Source: Octopus sinensis (taxonomy: Eukaryota). From it: DNA of 64,000 nt. The position numbers and the translations under genes were made by a program. Where the stretch lies: the NCBI RefSeq assembly GCF_006345805.1, contig NC_043018.1, forward strand, positions 5,890,001 through 5,954,000. Direction: 5' to 3'. How positions within the stretch are numbered: the stretch's first letter is position 1; each line of letters opens with the position of its first letter. This document shows positions 12,291 through 26,529 of this stretch, in pieces. Below the pieces are notes generated by a model. It had not been told where the DNA came from, made no database searches, and worked only from the letters and a program-made list of their open reading frames with translations.

Positions 12291-14562
12291 AGGTAAAAGG
12301 CGGCGAGCCGGCAGAAACGTTAGTACACTGGGCGAAATGCTTAGTGGTATTTCATCTGCTGTTACATTCTGAGTTCAAATTCTGCCAAGGTTGACTTTAC
12401 CTTTCATCCTTTTGGGGTCGATAAATTAAGTACCAGTTATGCACTGGTGTCGATGTAATCGACAATCCCTTTGTCTGTCCTTGTTTGTCCCCTTGTGGCC
12501 AATAAAGAAATAAGAAAAAGGAACAGTAAAAGAGCTGTAAGGAGGAAAAGATGCATAAGTATGTCAGGAATAGTATTGACAAATATCAGGAAGCAGAGAT
12601 GATGCCATGTAAAAAGCATCCAGTCCACATTGTGAAGTGGTTGGCATTAGGCATCCAAACTGTAAAAAGCTTGCCAAAATGGACTTTGCCTGTGCTTGTA
12701 CCATGTAAAAAGCAGTGAGTCTACCCTGCTGGGTGGTTGATGTTAGGAAGGGTATCCAGTTGTAAAAACCTTGCCAAAACGAACCTCACCTGCACTGGTT
12801 CCACATAAAAAGCACTCGGTCCACTCTGCTGGGTGGTTGGTGTTAAGAGGGGCATCCAACAGTAAAAACCCTGTCAAAACAGACAGAGAAGTCTGGTGCA
12901 AGCCAGCTCCAGTCCAACCCATGCCAGCATGGAAGGAGGATGTTAAACGATAATGATGATGATGATGATAGAATTTTTTAAAGATGCAGTATCCTGACAG
13001 CTGGCAACAGATGCAGGTTATGACATTGGTTCCATTAACCCAGTGCGTTGTATCAGCATCACTGAATATCTTTTGTCAATTACCGCAAATTCTCAAGTAT
13101 AGTCTGCCTTTGAGTATAATACGCAGGGGCTTTTTAGGGACCTGTACCTCTGAAAAACCTAAACCTTGTGTATAATATGCACCCTTTCTCTAACTTGAGG
13201 CAAGGAGGTCTATATAACGTCCTTGGTTTGTAAAAATGTATACGGTAATGTCCTTTATTATTATTGTATATATAACATAATGCAAACGTGTAGCTCTTTT
13301 GTGCATTTTGTTTGCAGAAAATAAAGAAATAACAGTAATAACGTTTCATAAATGTTGCTAACTGCAAGTTATGGATGATTCTTTTAGGACTTCATTGCTT
13401 TCAGGCTTAGCTTCAGGTATTTTCGCACCCGACATCACAAAATGCGTCTGAATAAACATTGCCAGACAGCAAATAGAGACTCAGACATTGCTTAGAAAAT
13501 AATTTTCATTTTTAACCTCGTGAATAATACGCACTAGGGATTTTGACCTTTAAATTTTAGGGAAAAAATGCGGATTTATGGTAGTGTTGGTTCTGCAGAG
13601 CAGGACATGTTACAAGATCCATGGGCAAAAATTTGACCCTTACAATTGAGACCTTTAAGTTGATGGGAAAATGACAGACGGAAAATTGGGGCCCAAATTG
13701 AAGAGACAAGCACAATCAATAAAAAAAATGGAAGCACACTGTAACCAGTAATGTATAAACATATTTAATAGTCTGGCCAACAGAGCAATATATAATATAT
13801 ATACATACGTACACAATGTCTCAGGTGAGGGATCTTGTCTTTCAGGTACTTGGTAACCTCACCTGTGCTGGTGTCATGATAAAAGCACCCAGTACACTGT
13901 GAAGTGGTTGGCATTAGGAAGGGCATCAAGATGTAGAAACCAAGCCAGAGATAGTAGGGCTTGGTGCAGACCCCTCACTCATCAGTTCGTGTTGAACTGT
14001 CCAATCCAAGGCAGCATGGAAAAAGGGATGTAAAACGACAATTATCTCTCTCTTTCTCTCACACACACATCACCACCACCACCATCATGCACATACATGG
14101 GTATATCTTAGTTTTGTGAATAGGTACAGTGTGTTGGGGCTTGTTATATAGAGGGTAGCATCTCACAGGGCCCATTAAAACTGTAAAACTCCCTTAAGAA
14201 GTGCCAGGCAACCCATGACAACATAGAAAAGCAGATGGATGTAAAGAAAGATGATGATCATTTAACGTCCGTCTTCTATGCTGGCATGGGTTGCACAGTA
14301 TGGCAGGAGCTGGCCAGGTAGAAGACTACACTAGGGTACTGTGTCTGTTTTTGGCATGGTTTTTACACAGTTGGGTGTCCTTCCTAACAAAAACCACCCC
14401 ACCTAGTGGATTGGGACTGAGTGACATTGATAAATAATATTCGTGTTTTTTAGTCATAAATCAAAAAAAGAAAGAAAGAGGTATGTGTGTGGGGTTAGAA
14501 TCGATTGGGTGTGTATTTCAGAATATAGCTGATACCTCACCAATCCTGTTTGATTATCAAAG

Positions 14563-14975
14563 GGATCTTTTCGGTTTGAATGGCAGTTTTTAAAAATAAT
14601 TTCTAGGTAACTAAAACATTTTAAACTTCGTATACTGGTAGAATGTGTTTATAAAATATCTTTTTCTCTTGGCTTTATTGAGGAATTTCTATAGTTTGTA
14701 AGATATTTGTAGTTTTTTTCTTCAATTTCTGCAATTTCAACCAATCAATGACGTCTATTGAGGTAAAAAAAACATTCTGTGACGTATGAATATGTCCCTC
14801 GTCTAAGAGACAGATTGGGTTTATTTACATTTGTGAAGAAAAAAAAAACCCTTCCCCCACCCTTAACCCTAAAAGATATTGAAATGCAATAAGATCGATT
14901 CTGGGGTCATAATTATGGGTGACAATTTCATATGACACCGCTAGAAAAAAACTGCCGTTCAAACCGAAAAGATCC
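14563..14975. mobile_element. About 410-bp MITE with GGATCTTTTCGGTTTGAA TIRs, 8-bp TSD
   Basis: TIRs at both ends. Flanks tatcaaag / tattaaag (7 of 8 match). Confidence 0.85.
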
Positions 14976-15763
14976 TATTAAAGACATCGATATGATAATT
15001 CAAAACACAGAAAGACAAAACACTAAAAAATTTGTTAAAAGCACTTGATCTGTCATCCACACATCACAATACGTATTTAACAAAAACTTTGTAACGTGAT
15101 TTAAAGAGAAGAATTTCCAAAAACTGAGAATGGAAATTAAAACAAAATAGATTGTCCTTTTTCTTTTGTTGTTTTTGCATTCAGGAAATTTTATCTTTTA
15201 GAAATTCCTCTTCTGTCTCATACATCATTAACATTTACAATTAGTGTCTTTTAATATTTTGTTTTCAATTGAACTGGTTGCCTAAATATTTTATGCTTTT
15301 TAAAACAAAACTGTTTCTCTGTCTTATAACAGTTAGTACGCTTTAGGGTTAATGTTTAATTTTTGGCTGAAATACACCAATGTGCACTCCACCCACGCGA
15401 CTTTGTTTCCTCATAACTTTCAGAAAAATCGTTATTTTTAAAGAAATTTTCTACAAATACTCCTTCAGATGGAGTAGATTTCGACTATATGGGAATTTGT
15501 TGTGGGGAGGAGTGGGAGTCTAGAAAGGTGGGTAATGAAGAATTTTAGATAATTCATACCTTTCGATTTTGTTTCCTCAAAACTCAGAAAAATAGAGATT
15601 TTTTAAAGAAATTTTCTAAATTTTCCACAACCCCTTCCAGATGGGGTAGATTACGATTATATCAGAATTTAAGGAGGGGGAACAACACAAAACCAAATTG
15701 ATGAGCGCGCACACATATAAACTAAACACATCGAAATTGATTTCCAAATTCCAAGTTTCATTT

Positions 15764-15797
<34 letters not shown>

Positions 15798-17002
15798 CAT
15801 GCAATGTGTATCAGTATGTATGTGCTCCCACCAATTTCTTCCCTTTTTTTAACATTAAATTCCCATATAATTGCAATCTACAATATCTCAAAGGTATGGG
15901 TAGAAAATTTCATTTAAAAATATCCATTCTTCAGAACGTTATCAAGAAACAAAATCGGGGAAGGGGCACTATTGTGTAGGTATGTCTTGTACTTTTAATG
16001 CTGTTTCTAATTAAGCACTAAACAAGCTACCTAAATGGGTTTTTTTTTTCAAATATCCGTTTATCGTCTATGAATTAACTCTGCTTTTAAAATGATAGTA
16101 TGTTTCTCCTTCCGGACGTAAAAAAACATAGTAAAACAGTAAAACCATGATTGTGTATACATACATACATAATTATTTTCAGGAAATTAGACCCCGATTC
16201 ACAATATATAATCAAAATATGTTATTAAATATACATATTAAACAATATATAATTGCACATCGATGTCGATCTATCTCTTTTTCTCTCTCTAAATATAACG
16301 TGATTTAAGAATACACGTATATATATCTAACGTGATTAAGGAGTACACGTGTATGTATGTATATGAGTTCACACACTACACACACATATATATATAGTTG
16401 GATTTGTGTGCGTGAATGTACAGGAGTGTGTATGAATATATAGGTGGAGGTGCGTGTGTGCATGTGCACGAATCATGTTTGTGTGTGTGTGTGTGTGTAG
16501 ATAATGAACTTATTGTATAGACCTCAGGTGCACTGTGTATATATATATACACACACATATTTGTGGAGAGGGATAGATGTATAGATGTTTGTGCTTGCAT
16601 ATCAAGGGAGTATATATCAGTGTGGTACATATATATGTGGTCATATCTATATAATTTACACATACATATATATATATATATCTATATAATTTACATATAC
16701 ACATACATACATACATATATATCTATATAATTTACATATACCCTTACATACATACATATATATATAATTTACATACATATCTATCTATCTATATATTTAC
16801 ATATACACATACATACATATATCTATCTATCTATATATTTACATATACACATACATATATATATATATATATATAATATATATATATATATAATTTACAT
16901 ACATACATATATATATACACACATACATATATGTATATATATATATACAGGCACACATACACATAATGTCATCTGAAATTGTTATTATGTTTGTATACAA
17001 AC

Positions 17003-17203
17003 CTCTTCTACATTTCTCCGAGGCAAATGAAGAAACGACAACATCACTTTGACTTTTACGTGAGGCTGTAACGTGTAGAAACATCCCTGGATGCTCAGTA
17101 ATTTGTCCCGGGACAGTTGGGAGCAGATAGTCTTGCCTGACCATAAATCGTCCGTCGAACCCAATTTGTTGTGAAGCCACAATGCAGTGTCTCCAGAAGC
17201 CAT
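17003..17203 (-). CDS. NELFA: Negative elongation factor A, coding exon 1 (MASGDTALWLHNKLGSTDDLW...LHLPRRNVEE)
   Basis: Matches the conserved NELF-A N-terminus (DTxLWLHNKLGxTDxLW ... LHLPRRxVxE). ATG at 17203, GT donor at 17002, 201 nt, phase 0. Confidence 0.95.
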
Positions 17204-20200
17204 AGTGAAAAAAGCGCGGGAGCAAATACAAACAGTACTTCCGATTCGTTAAAATTTTTAATTTGCTCCCATGCAGTGAATGAAGCCGAGAGATTTGATT
17301 GGATAAAAGGTGGTTAGTTAAATGTATTTATTGTCAGTGGAATGGGATTTAAATTTAAAAAATTAATTTGAAGGAATTATTTCTTTTTTTAACGAGAGAA
17401 TAATTTTTTCTCTCTTCTTATAATTGAATTTTGTCTGTTCTTTTTTTTAAAGGATTTGTTTTCGCTTGCGTATGTTATAATTCTATTATAGGCACAAAGA
17501 TAGAAATTAGAGGAGGGAGCTTGGTCGATGTCATCGTCATATCAGAGCTTAATTTGCTTCTTTATTTTATCTATCACAAAACGGTGAAACGATAAAGTCG
17601 ACCTCGGCGGAATTTGAACTCAGAACGTAAAGAGCCGAAAGAAATACTATTAAGCATCCTATTCGACTCTGCTATATCTTTTTTATATTTTTATTACCCA
17701 CAAGGGGTTAAACACAGAGGGGACAAACAAGGACAGACAAACGGATTAAGTCAATTACATCGACCTCAGTGCGTAACTGGAACTTATTTAATCGACCCCG
17801 AAAGGATGAAAGGCAAAGTCGACCTCGGCGGAATTTGAACTCACAACGTAACGGCAGACGAAATACGGCTAGGCATTTTGCCCGGCGCGCTAACGATTCT
17901 GCTATAGCCATATTTCATGGTCGATTCAGTGTAATTTCTTACTCGGTGTATGTGTATATGTATGTCTGCATGTATGTGCGTGTGTATGTATCTATGTATG
18001 TGTGTGTGTGTAAGTATGTATGTATGTATGGCCGATTCAGTGTACACTGAATCGGCCATACATACATACATACACACACACACATACATTCAGACATACA
18101 TAGCTACATACACACACACACACACATACATGCATACATACATATACACATACACCGAGTAAAAAATTTCAGTTATCTCTCTCTTTCACACTCTCTCTGT
18201 CTCTTTACACACACTAACAGAAGCACTTCACTTACACAACATACTGTCTGTCTCCCACACCCCATCAAACACACATACACATGTACATCAATGCTTCGGT
18301 AACTTCAAAAGAAATTCCCTCGTCATAAAATCGCTTCCTCTTAGTCTCTTTCGCTCTCATTACTTCAAATGTTCCCGCAAGCCCATATGTAAAAAAATAA
18401 AAGTTTTTTACGGAAATCATCGACGGAAACGTGCTACTACAAACTGAAGATCGCCGAATTGTATCTGTACCAGTATCTGTTAAATAAATTATATTCTTTA
18501 TTTTTTTCCTTTAATTTAATTTATATCCTATAAACATATTGTATATACAGTAAACTACGAAATATTTTAAGTGAATTAATAGATATGAAACAGATGTGCT
18601 TAGGAATTGTATTAATTTGATTATGTTAAATACAATTTAGTTCTTTACTGTTCAAAGTTTATTTTATATTTTAAGTATATATTGTAAATATATCTTAAGT
18701 TCCAATCAGACCTTGGGTAACGTGGTAGTGGAACAGTGTAGTAGACAGGGCCATTAGAGCGAAGAAACAGGCCTGGAGGAATGGTGGTAGTGGATAACTG
18801 TATCAGGTAGCTGGAAGGGAAGCTAAAAGACAGGTATATACTGAGCTACGTAGCCAGTTGGTAGTGTTAACATGTGTAGTGTAATGTCTTGACGACTCAG
18901 TAAAAGGAGGAGGGACCTCTGTGCTACATATAATTAGACTACGTTAAAAAGTGTCCAAATTACAAGCAAACAAGTAAAATATCTGGAGGTCCACTGTTAG
19001 ATCCATTATTTTTTACAATAGTAGCAGTGGCTGTGTGGTAAGTAGCTTGCTTACCAACCACATGGTTCAGGGTTCAGTCCCACTGCATGGTACCTTGGGC
19101 TAGTGTCTTCTACTATAACCTCGGGCTGACCAAAGCCTTGTGAGTGGATTTGGTAGATGGAAACTGAAAGAAGCCCGTCGTATATATGTATATATATATA
19201 TGTGTCTGTTTGTCCCCCCAACATCGCTTGACAACTGATGCTGGTGTGTTTACGTCTCCGAAACTTAGCGGTTCGGCAAAAGAGACCGATAGAATAAGTA
19301 CTAGGCTTACAAAGAATAAGTCCTGGGGGCGATTTGGTCGACTAAAGGCGGTGCTCCAGCATGGCCACAGTCAAAATGGCTGAAACAAGTAAAAAGAGTA
19401 AAAGAGAGTGGTGGTAAGAAGGCGCATGGCTCAGTGGTTTGAGTGTTGGGCTCGCAATCATGAGGTAGTGAGTTCAATTCCATGATCGGGTGATGTTCTT
19501 GAGCAAGACACTATTTCACGTTACTCCAGTTCACTCTTCTGTGGAAATGACTTGCGACGTCACCTGTGCAAAACTGTATCGGCCTTCGCCTTTTTCCTTG
19601 GATAACATCTGTGGCGTGGAGAGGGCTGGCTGGTATGCACGTATGACTGCTGGTCTTCCATAAACAACCTTGTTCAAACTTGTGCCTTGGAGAGTAATTT
19701 TTTAGGTGCAATACGAAGATCATTCATAACTGAAGGGGGTCATTACTCTTTACCCGATGTGCTTATAATAGTATAGAGCAGGGTGGCTGGTATGCATGGG
19801 TGACTGCTGGTCTTCCATAAACAACATTGCCTGGAGTTTTGTCTCAGAAGGGAACTTTCTAGGTGCAATCCCATGATCATTCATGAACAAAGCGGTCTTT
19901 ACCCTTTACCCTATGTATATATAATGGTGTGGAGAGGGGGCTGATATGTATGGGCGACTGCTGGTCTTCCATAAACAATGTTGCCTGGGAGGGGAACTTT
20001 CTAGGTGCAACCCCATGGTCATTCAAGACTGAAGGGCATCTTTATCCTGGGAGTGCTGTTGGTGGTGGTAACAGTGGTAGTTTGTACCACCACCATGTAT
20101 TGTATGCTTTTTTGCTGTACATTAATGATGATGCAGGTGGCACGTAAAAAGCACCCACTACACTCTTGGAGTGGTTGGTGTTAGGAAGGGCATCCAGCTG

Positions 20201-23200
20201 TAGAAACACTGCCAGATCAGACTGGAGCCTGGAGCAGCCTTCTGGCTTCGTAGACTCCGATCGAACCGTCCAATCAATGCTAGCATGGAGAGCGGATGTT
20301 AAATGATGATGACAAGGAAAGTTTTCCCAATTAAGTGCAAATTTTCCCATCAGATAAAGCACAAGTCCTCCTATCAGAAGAAACCACAGCATTACTTCAT
20401 TCTTACTTTCTCATAGTGTTTTCTTGGCAAGGATATAGAGGTGGTTTGCCATTGCCTTTCCCAACTGGATGGCCATTGGCGCTCAAGGAGCTTATCTGAT
20501 CTTTGGGAAGACTTGTTTTTAGTCCTTCTGGCTGTCCAGATCACCCTTCTCTCAAGAGTAGCAAGTTACTCCAGTGGCAAAAGCCTGTTGCTTAGTGACT
20601 GACCACTTGACCAAGGAACAGGTAGTAGGGGTTTACATGATACATGTAGTAGTATATATATATATACTTTATATACTTTTCTACTCTAGGCACATGGCTG
20701 GAAATTTTGGGGGAAGGGGTCAGTCGATTAGATCGATCCCAGCATGCAACTAGTACTTGATTTATCAACCCTGAAAGGATGAAAGGCAAAGTCGACCTCG
20801 ACGGAATTGGAACTCAGAATGTAAAGACAGATGAAATACTGCTAAGTATTTTACCCGGTGTGCTAACGTTTCAGCCAGCTCGCTACCTTGTAGTAGTATA
20901 TATATATATATATACTAGTAGAATAGATATACATACATTCATACACACACACATGTACACATACACACACACACGTGTGTGTGAGTTTGGAGGGATGTAT
21001 TAGCCAGGCAGACACTGTGGTGGCTCTCAGTTAAGTTCCAGGTTATGGCTAACTACATCGATCAGTATTTAACATCTGTACCTACTATTAGTTGTCAGTC
21101 ACTCTGTAAATTCCTCCTATGGGTAATTCTGTTTTCGCTTCACTGGACAGTAATATTATCTGGAATATATTTTAGCAATAATTATAATAATGTAGAATAA
21201 TATACTGTACAAAATTGTAAAATTAGAGGAAATAAATTTTGAGGATGAGCAAGTCTCCATATTCTATATATATAGCAAAACAGGAAAGTGAAAAGTTTTT
21301 GGTAGTATTTATTCTCCATTACATGTGTTTCATTTGCTGAGAGGAATCACAAAGATTTTCAAAATTTTTTCTCTGTCTCTTTTACTCTTTTACTTGTTTC
21401 AGTCATTTGACTGTGACCATGCTGGAACACCGCATTTAGTCAAGCAAATCAACTCCAAGACTTATTCTGTGTAAGCCTAGTACTTATTCTGTCGGTCTCT
21501 TTTGCCAAACCGCTAAGTTACGGGGATGTAAACACACCAGCATCGGTTGTTAAGCGATGTTGGGGGGACAAACACAGACACACAAACATATACACACACA
21601 CATATATATACATATATGCGACGGGCTTCTTTTAGTTTCCGTCTGCCAAATCCACTCACAAGGCTTTGGTCAGCCCGAGGATATAGTACAAGACACTTAC
21701 CCAAGGTGTCACGCAGTGGGACTGAACCTGAAACCATGTGGTTGGTAAGCAAGCTTCTTACCACACAGCCTCTCCTGCGCCTATCTGACAAATTTCTGAT
21801 AGGAAATTCCTTACATGTCTATCTAACATGTAAATCATTGAAACTCCTATTAGCAAATGAAATATGTGTATTGGTCAATCAATAATACCAAGAAATTTCC
21901 ACTTTCTTGTTCTGTTAGACAATAACTTTGCAAATAATATTTACATAACTCTCAGTTTTAATAAGTATTTTGACTAACAAACAGCAGCAACTATAGATAC
22001 ATATTGGTTGTAATAATGGAATAAGCAAAGGTGCTTCAATAGGAAGCAACAGGGATTTACCCATGCTACCTATCTAATACACACACACACACATGACAGG
22101 CTTCCTTCAGTTTCTTATTTCTTATTTCTTTACTGCCTACAAGGGGCTAAACACAGAGAGGACAAACAAGGACAGACAAACGGATTTAGTTGATTATATC
22201 GACTCCAGTGTATAACCGGTACTTAATTTATAGACCCCGAAAGGATGAAAGGCAAAGTCAACCTCGGCGGAATTTGAACTCAGAACGTAGTGGCAGACGA
22301 AATACCTATTTCTTTACTACCCACAAGGGGCTAAACACAGAGAGGACAAACAAGGACAGACAAATGGATTAAGTCGATTACATCGACCCCAGTGTGTAAC
22401 TGGTACTTATTTAATCGACCCCGAAAGGATGAAAGGCAAAGTCGACCTTGGCGGAATTTGAACTCAGAACATAGCGGCAGACGAAATACCTATTTCTTTA
22501 CAGCCCACAAGGGGCTAAACACAGAGAGGACAAACAAGGACAGACAAATGGATTAAGTCGATTACATTGACACCAGTGCGTAATCGATACTTAATTTATC
22601 GACCCTGAAAAGATGAAAGACAAAGTTGACCTCGGCGGAATTTGAACTCAGAACGTAACAGCAGACGAAATACCACTAAGCATTTCGCCCAGCATGCTAA
22701 CCTTTCTGCCAGCTCGCTACCTTTCAGTTTCTGCTTACTAAATCCACTCACAAGGCATGGTCAGTCTGGGGCTATAGTAGAAGTCACTTGCCCAAGGTTC
22801 CACGCAGTGGGCTTGAACACGTGTATGTGTGTGTGTATACATTCAGGTACATGCATATTTTAGGGTGGCCAAATGCTTGCCTTCTGAGTTCTCCATTTTA
22901 GAACTATCATATATGCAACACCCTCATATTTTGGGAATGGTTACACATCTCCATGTATATATACACACTGTGGAAGTCCATGGCTTAGTGGTTAGGGTGT
23001 TGGGCTCATGATTGTAAGATTGTGGTTTCAATTCCTGGACTGGGCAATGTGTTGTGTTCTTGAGCAAAATACTTCATTTCACATTGCTCCAGTTCCCTCA
23101 ACTGGAAAAAATGAGTACTCCTGTAACAGACTGGCATTCATATGCCCTAAAATTGGGAAACTGGCCCTTATGGGTTAGTATGTCTCAAGAAGGTAACTTT

Positions 23201-23792
23201 ACCATTTTATATATATATATATATATATATACATATATATTGCTTTACTGCCCAGAAGGGGCTAAACATAGAGGGGACAAACAAGGACAGACGAAGGGAT
23301 TGAGTTGATTATATCGACCCCAGTGCGAAACTGGTACTTTATTTATCGACCCCGAAAGGATGAAAGGCAAAGTTGACCTCGGCGGAATTTGAACTCAGAA
23401 CGTAACAACAGACGAAATACCACTAAGCATTTCGCCTGGCGCGCTAATGTGTCTGCCAGCTCGCCGCCTTTGACATATATATATATATATAATATATTTA
23501 TCATCATCATTTAACGTCCACTTTCCGTGCTAGCATGGGTTGGACGATTTGACTGAGGACTGGCGAACCAGATGGCTGCACCAGGATCCAATCTGATCTG
23601 GCAACAGTAAATCAAAACATTTAGTGTATAAAATTTGAAAAAAAAAACATCTGGTGAAAATTTGGAATACCTCAAGTAGTTTGAAGAAATTTAACAAGAT
23701 ACGTGGCTATCTTTGAGCAATACCAATAACCGTATTAGTTTTAATTTTATTACAATCCGGACTATAGTCAAAGATTGCCAGAAAAGATCTTA

Positions 23793-24213
23793 GATCTTTT
23801 CGGTTTGAACGGCAGTTTTTTCTAGCGGTGTCATATGAAATTGTTACCCATAATTATGACCCTAGTATCGATCTATTGCATTTCAATCTGTTTTAGGGTT
23901 AGGGTTAGAGGAAGGATATCTTTTTTTTTTTTTCAGAAATGTAAATAAACCCAATCTGTTTCTTAAACGAAGGACATATTCATACCTCACAGAATATTTA
24001 TTTTTACCTCAATAGACGTCATTGATTGGTTGAAATTGCAGAAATTGAAGCAAAAAAATCAACAACAAATATCTTACAAACTATAGAATTTTCTCAATAA
24101 AGCCAAGAGAAAAAGATGTTTTATAAACACATTCTACCAGTATACGAAGTTTAAAATGTTTTAGTTACCTAGAAAGTATTTTAAAAAAACTGCCGTTCAA
24201 ACCGAAAAGATCC
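23793..24213. mobile_element. Same MITE family, inverted, about 200 bp upstream of the SRP72 ATG
   Basis: TIRs present, internal sequence reversed relative to 14563. Flanks aaaagatctt on both sides. Confidence 0.85.
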
Positions 24214-24416
24214 AAAAGATCTTTATCACTCGCTTCAACCTTTAACTTACATTAAGACAGGTATGTAAAAAACAAACAACAAACACATCGAAAAAACAAA
24301 AAGGAAAGGTAAAAATTCAGCAAGGGCGATAACTCATGAGGTTAAGAGATCCGCTCTTATATTTTCTAAGTCCAGTAAAGTATCATTTGTCCTGCCGGAG
24401 AGTCGCGTGTCACAGC

Positions 24417-24504
24417 ATGACGAGTCTGACTCAGTTGTATTCCGATTTAAATAAATTAAAGCAAAGCCAAGATTATGAACGGGGGATTAAAGTAGCCAAC
24501 AAAA
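24417..24504 (+). CDS. SRP72: Signal recognition particle subunit SRP72, exon 1 (MTSLTQLYSDLNKLKQSQDYERGIKVANK)
   Basis: Aligns to the SRP72 N-terminus (LWSEVNRYGQNGDFTRALKTVNK). GTAAGT donor at 24505, phase 1. Confidence 0.85.
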
Positions 24505-26529
24505 GTAAGTGTAGCCTTGTCGTTGTTGTTATCGTCGTCATTATTGTTGTTATTTTTGCTATGATTACTTGAACCAAAGCGCACCATATGTAGACGCAAT
24601 TTGGCCGAATGGTGAAGACGTTCGCTTTACATCTGCGAGGTTTCGGGTTCGAACCCAACTGCGTGGTACCTTGTGATAACGTAATATGCATCATACGCAA
24701 CAATATATTTTATATAAACCATAATCGTAATTTCCGGACGAAATACTTACCCGGCATTTCTTCCGGTTCTTTTACATTCCGAGTTCAAATTCCACCGAAA
24801 TCGACTTCACTTTTCGTTCCTTCGTGTTTCATAAATTTTACGTACAATTTGAGCCCTGGGGTGGGGTGGGGGTCGAGGCAATCGACTAGCCCCACCCACT
24901 CAACATTTCTGGTCCTGTGTCTATTGTAGAAAGGATTATTATAATTATCAGATATACATACGTGCACTTACAACAATATGGTTTATATATATACGTATCA
25001 TAATCTTGTTAGGTCGCAGTTGGCGCAACGAAAATTTTTTACAGCAAACGATAAATAATAAATGTTTAAGTGGAGTTAACAAATTTTGGAGTACATTGAA
25101 TGGCTAAAGTGTCTTCCACGCTGTAATTGTCTTAGTTTCAACACACGATGTCAGAACAAATATCACTTTCCAGGCAAGTAAGCACACCTCCATAAACCAC
25201 GATATTTTACCTCTATTGTTATATCCATTCGTTAACTAAGTGCGATCCCTTTGGCGACAGTATATATATATAAATCTGTGTGTTGTGTGTGTATATCTAT
25301 GTATACTACCAAAGTGATTCAGTCGAAATGCTTAAACATTTGAACTTATTGTGGGTTTAAATTGCAGTTTGGCTCGATAAAAATATGTATTAGTGATATT
25401 CTACAGCTGATATCGTTGTCTGTATATCTCCTCCTCCTCCTCCTTGCAAAAAAATATATCGACTGGTATTTTTTTTTCTCCCATTTGGCAAGGGACAGGT
25501 TCACTAGTAATATGTCTATGTGTTTGTTTTGGAGGCGTGCTTGTCTGGCAAGTGACTCGACTTAACACCGTATGTTGAAACTAAAATAAAACACATTATC
25601 TATTCAAAAATACACACGAACACTGTTAATTTCATTTAAACATTTATTATCTGGTGTTAAAATCTCTGTGGCATGAATTACAACCTGGCCTCTGACACGG
25701 TTCCACTTTTTATTACACACACACACATACCATATGAAGGCGTATGTCTTAGTGGTTAGGGTGTTGCACTCACGATTGCGAGATTGTTGGTTCGATCCCC
25801 AGCTCAAGCGTTGCGTTGTGTTCTTGAGCAAAACACTTCATTACATGTTGCTGTGCGATCATTTTGTCATCTGACCTATGGGCACATCATGCACCTGTAC
25901 AGGTAGTGTCGATTTGATGGAGGCAGTGAGTTTGTATGTGGTTCTTCAGCAAGAGATTGCAGAACCCTCACACATCATCTAATGACATTCATACACATAC
26001 ACACATCATCATCATTATCATCGTTTAACGTCCGCTTTCCATGCTAGCATGGGTTGGACGATTTGACAGAGGACTGGCGAACCAGATGGCTGCACCAGGC
26101 TCCAATCTGGCAGAGTTTCTACAGCTGTATGCCCTTCCTAACACCAACCACTCCGAAAGTGTAGTGGGTGCTTATACATGACACCGGCCCGAGGGCCAAT
26201 CAGACAGTACTGGTAATGGTGTTTTTTACATGCCACCTGCACAGGAGCCAGTCCAGCAGAACTGGCAACAACCTCGCTCAAATATTTTTTTCGTGTGCCA
26301 CCATATCATCATTTAACGTTCATTGTCCATGCTGGCATAGATTGGATGGTTTGACCAGGTTTAAGCTGAGGGGCGGCACCAGACTCCAGTCTGATTTGGT
26401 ATGGTTTCTACAGCTGGATGCCCTTCCTAACACCAGCCCTTCATGTGTATGTGTAGAGGAAGAGAGGTGGGGTTAATGTAGAGTACCAAAAGTATGTGAT
26501 GTTTAAACATTCATGATTTCTTCACAAGC

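Noticed and set aside
20416-20462. BovB-like 3' motif suggesting horizontal transfer
   Set aside because: Under 50 bp of similarity to a motif shared widely across RTE-clade tails. Insufficient to claim transfer.
24336-24416. N-terminal extension of SRP72 from the upstream ATG
   Set aside because: The extra 27 residues show no similarity to SRP72 orthologues as I recall them. Homology starts at Met 24417.
24593-24665. Possible tRNA gene
   Set aside because: A and B boxes are present, but the acceptor stem and anticodon loop are imperfect and the sequence continues into SINE-like sequence. It is a SINE head.
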